From Octopus bimaculoides (Eukaryota): 64,000 nt of DNA. Location of the stretch: the NCBI RefSeq assembly GCF_001194135.2, contig NC_068984.1, positions 30,666,308 through 30,730,307 of the forward strand, written 5' to 3'. The position numbers were made by a program, and so were the translations under genes. Below, piece by piece: positions 63,950-64,000 of this stretch. Each line of letters opens with the position of its first letter. The stretch's first letter is position 1. Below the pieces are notes generated by a model, which was not told the origin of the DNA, did not search any database, and worked only from the letters and a program-made list of their open reading frames with translations.

Positions 63950-64000
63950 TATCTCCAGTTCTCTACCCAACAAAAAATTCACTTATCAATACTATTCTGA

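Overview
AT-rich, microsatellite-dense eukaryotic DNA with six N gaps. By inference from repeat content it is a coleoid cephalopod, most likely an Octopus short-read scaffold. There is no long intact ORF, no rRNA or true tRNA gene and no CRISPR array. The window is mostly intron-like sequence filled with relics of RTE-clade LINEs (endonuclease, RT and 3'UTR fragments ending in (GAT)n), R4/Dong-clade LINE ends inside (TAA)n, several modular tRNA-derived SINE families, Tc1/mariner fragments (DD34D mariner, DD37D maT) and MITE-like foldbacks. A host gene probably runs on the minus strand: the two best exon candidates are 28951-29112 and a terminal exon at 1613-1752, both missed by the ORF track; the product is not recognised. 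The most striking signal is a set of eight type I hammerhead-ribozyme-like motifs. Six sit in a ~200-bp non-coding element whose 3' end runs into TA-rich/(TA)n sequence and show compensatory stem changes between copies; one other (46419-46502) has a fully intact catalytic core. All calls were made by eye, and repeat boundaries are approximate.
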